Below the pieces are notes generated by a model that had not been told where the DNA came from, made no database searches, and was given only the letters and a program-made list of their open reading frames with translations. The translations under genes and the position numbers were made by a program. From a virus, in IMG/VR virus record IMGVR_UViG_3300025138_000013: a DNA stretch of 64,000 nucleotides; one strand, given 5' to 3'. Every line of letters begins with the position of its first letter. Positions within the stretch are counted from its first letter, which is position 1. Positions 63,195 to 64,000 of the stretch are shown piece after piece.

Positions 63195-64000
63195 ATGGAA
63201 ATTTTAGGATTTGAAATATCCCGTAAAAAGGATGACTTAAGAACAAAGGAGTTGCCTCAGGCACCTTCTTTTGTTCCACCAGTTGATGATGACGGTACAC
63301 CAGTCATACAACAACAAAGTGGATTCATAGGTGGCGGAGCATATGGTGCATACGTCGATATGGAAGGCGGTATCAAGAACGAGGCAGAACTCATTCGTCG
63401 ATATCGTGAAGTGTCTTTGGTGCCAGAATGTGATTCTGCAATCGAAGATATAGTTAATGAGTGTATCACATCGGATAGTTCTGATAGGATAGTCACACTC
63501 GACCTCAGAGATGTTAAGCTCTCTGACAGTATCAAAGGTAAGATACAAGACGAGTTTTACAGCATCCTATCAATGATGAAGTTCAATCAGAACTCTCATG
63601 AATTATTCAGAAAATGGTACGTAGATGGAAGAGTATACTTCCACAAAGTCGTTGACGCTAAAAATACCAAAAGAGGTATAGTAGACTTAAGAAACATTGA
63701 CCCGATTAAGATTAAGAAGGTCAGAAACATTGAAAAAGAAAGAGACCCTAAGACTAAAATCGAAAGGATTTCAAAAATAGAAGAGTTCTATGTTTTCAAT
63801 GATAAAGGATTTGATAAATCCAGTGCAGCGGAAGGAAACACTGTACGAATTGCACCCGAGGCAGTTACATATACGACTTCGGGATTACTTGATTACACTA
63901 AGAATGTAGTCATCGGGTATCTGCACAAGGCATTGAAGACTGCAAATCAGTTATCAATGATGGAAGATGCACTTGTTATCTACAGGATTTCAAGAGCTCC
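63195..64000 (+). CDS. gp20: portal protein (5' part, runs off the window)
   Basis: MEILGFEI..., LIRRYRE..L.PECDSAIEDIVNE, FRKWYVDGR.YFHK, YLHKA.K.ANQL.MMEDALVIYR.SRA. Confidence 0.95.
   Translation, partial: MEILGFEISRKKDDLRTKELPQAPSFVPPVDDDGTPVIQQQSGFIGGGAYGAYVDMEGGIKNEAELIRRYREVSLVPECDSAIEDIVNECITSDSSDRIVTLDLRDVKLSDSIKGKIQDEFYSILSMMKFNQNSHELFRKWYVDGRVYFHKVVDAKNTKRGIVDLRNIDPIKIKKVRNIEKERDPKTKIERISKIEEFYVFNDKGFDKSSAAEGNTVRIAPEAVTYTTSGLLDYTKNVVIGYLHKALKTANQLSMMEDALVIYRISRA

Overview
AT-rich 64-kb segment of a T4-like myophage genome, probably from an uncultured aquatic phage. The bS21 sequence hints at a gamma/beta-proteobacterial host. Order along the window: small early ORFs and a SleB-like hydrolase; replication and transcription genes (DenV-like glycosylase, exonuclease, gp33, gp59, gp32); a structured intergenic RNA followed by phage ribosomal protein bS21; a minus-strand block (tape-measure-like gene, gp51/gp26, gp54, gp2, a ParB-like/kdsB/HAD insert, gp4); the baseplate (gp48, 53, 27-like, 5, 25, 6, 7, 8, a 2259-aa virion protein); a ~20-kb fibre region; and gp13-19 plus the start of portal gp20. 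The main observation is two adjacent gene pairs (37323-39068 with 39068-40240, and 48037-49527 with 49579-50937) that encode Pro-delimited 6/8/10-residue repeat proteins. In each pair the module order of one protein is the exact reverse complement of its partner at the protein level, under a fixed pairing code: NIRxxQxP with xTYxHRSP, FTYRNP with VNAQEP, YPYIAxxQxP with FTYxRxGQxP. The match runs for 43 and 54 or more consecutive modules. This suggests long heterodimeric antiparallel beta-zipper filaments mounted on tail-fibre tips, next to a glycosyltransferase/2OG-oxygenase cluster. Also noted: a candidate -1 frameshift fusing gp26 to gp51, leaderless late transcripts, and several structured leaders. 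All assignments come from reading motifs and synteny by eye; no searches were run.
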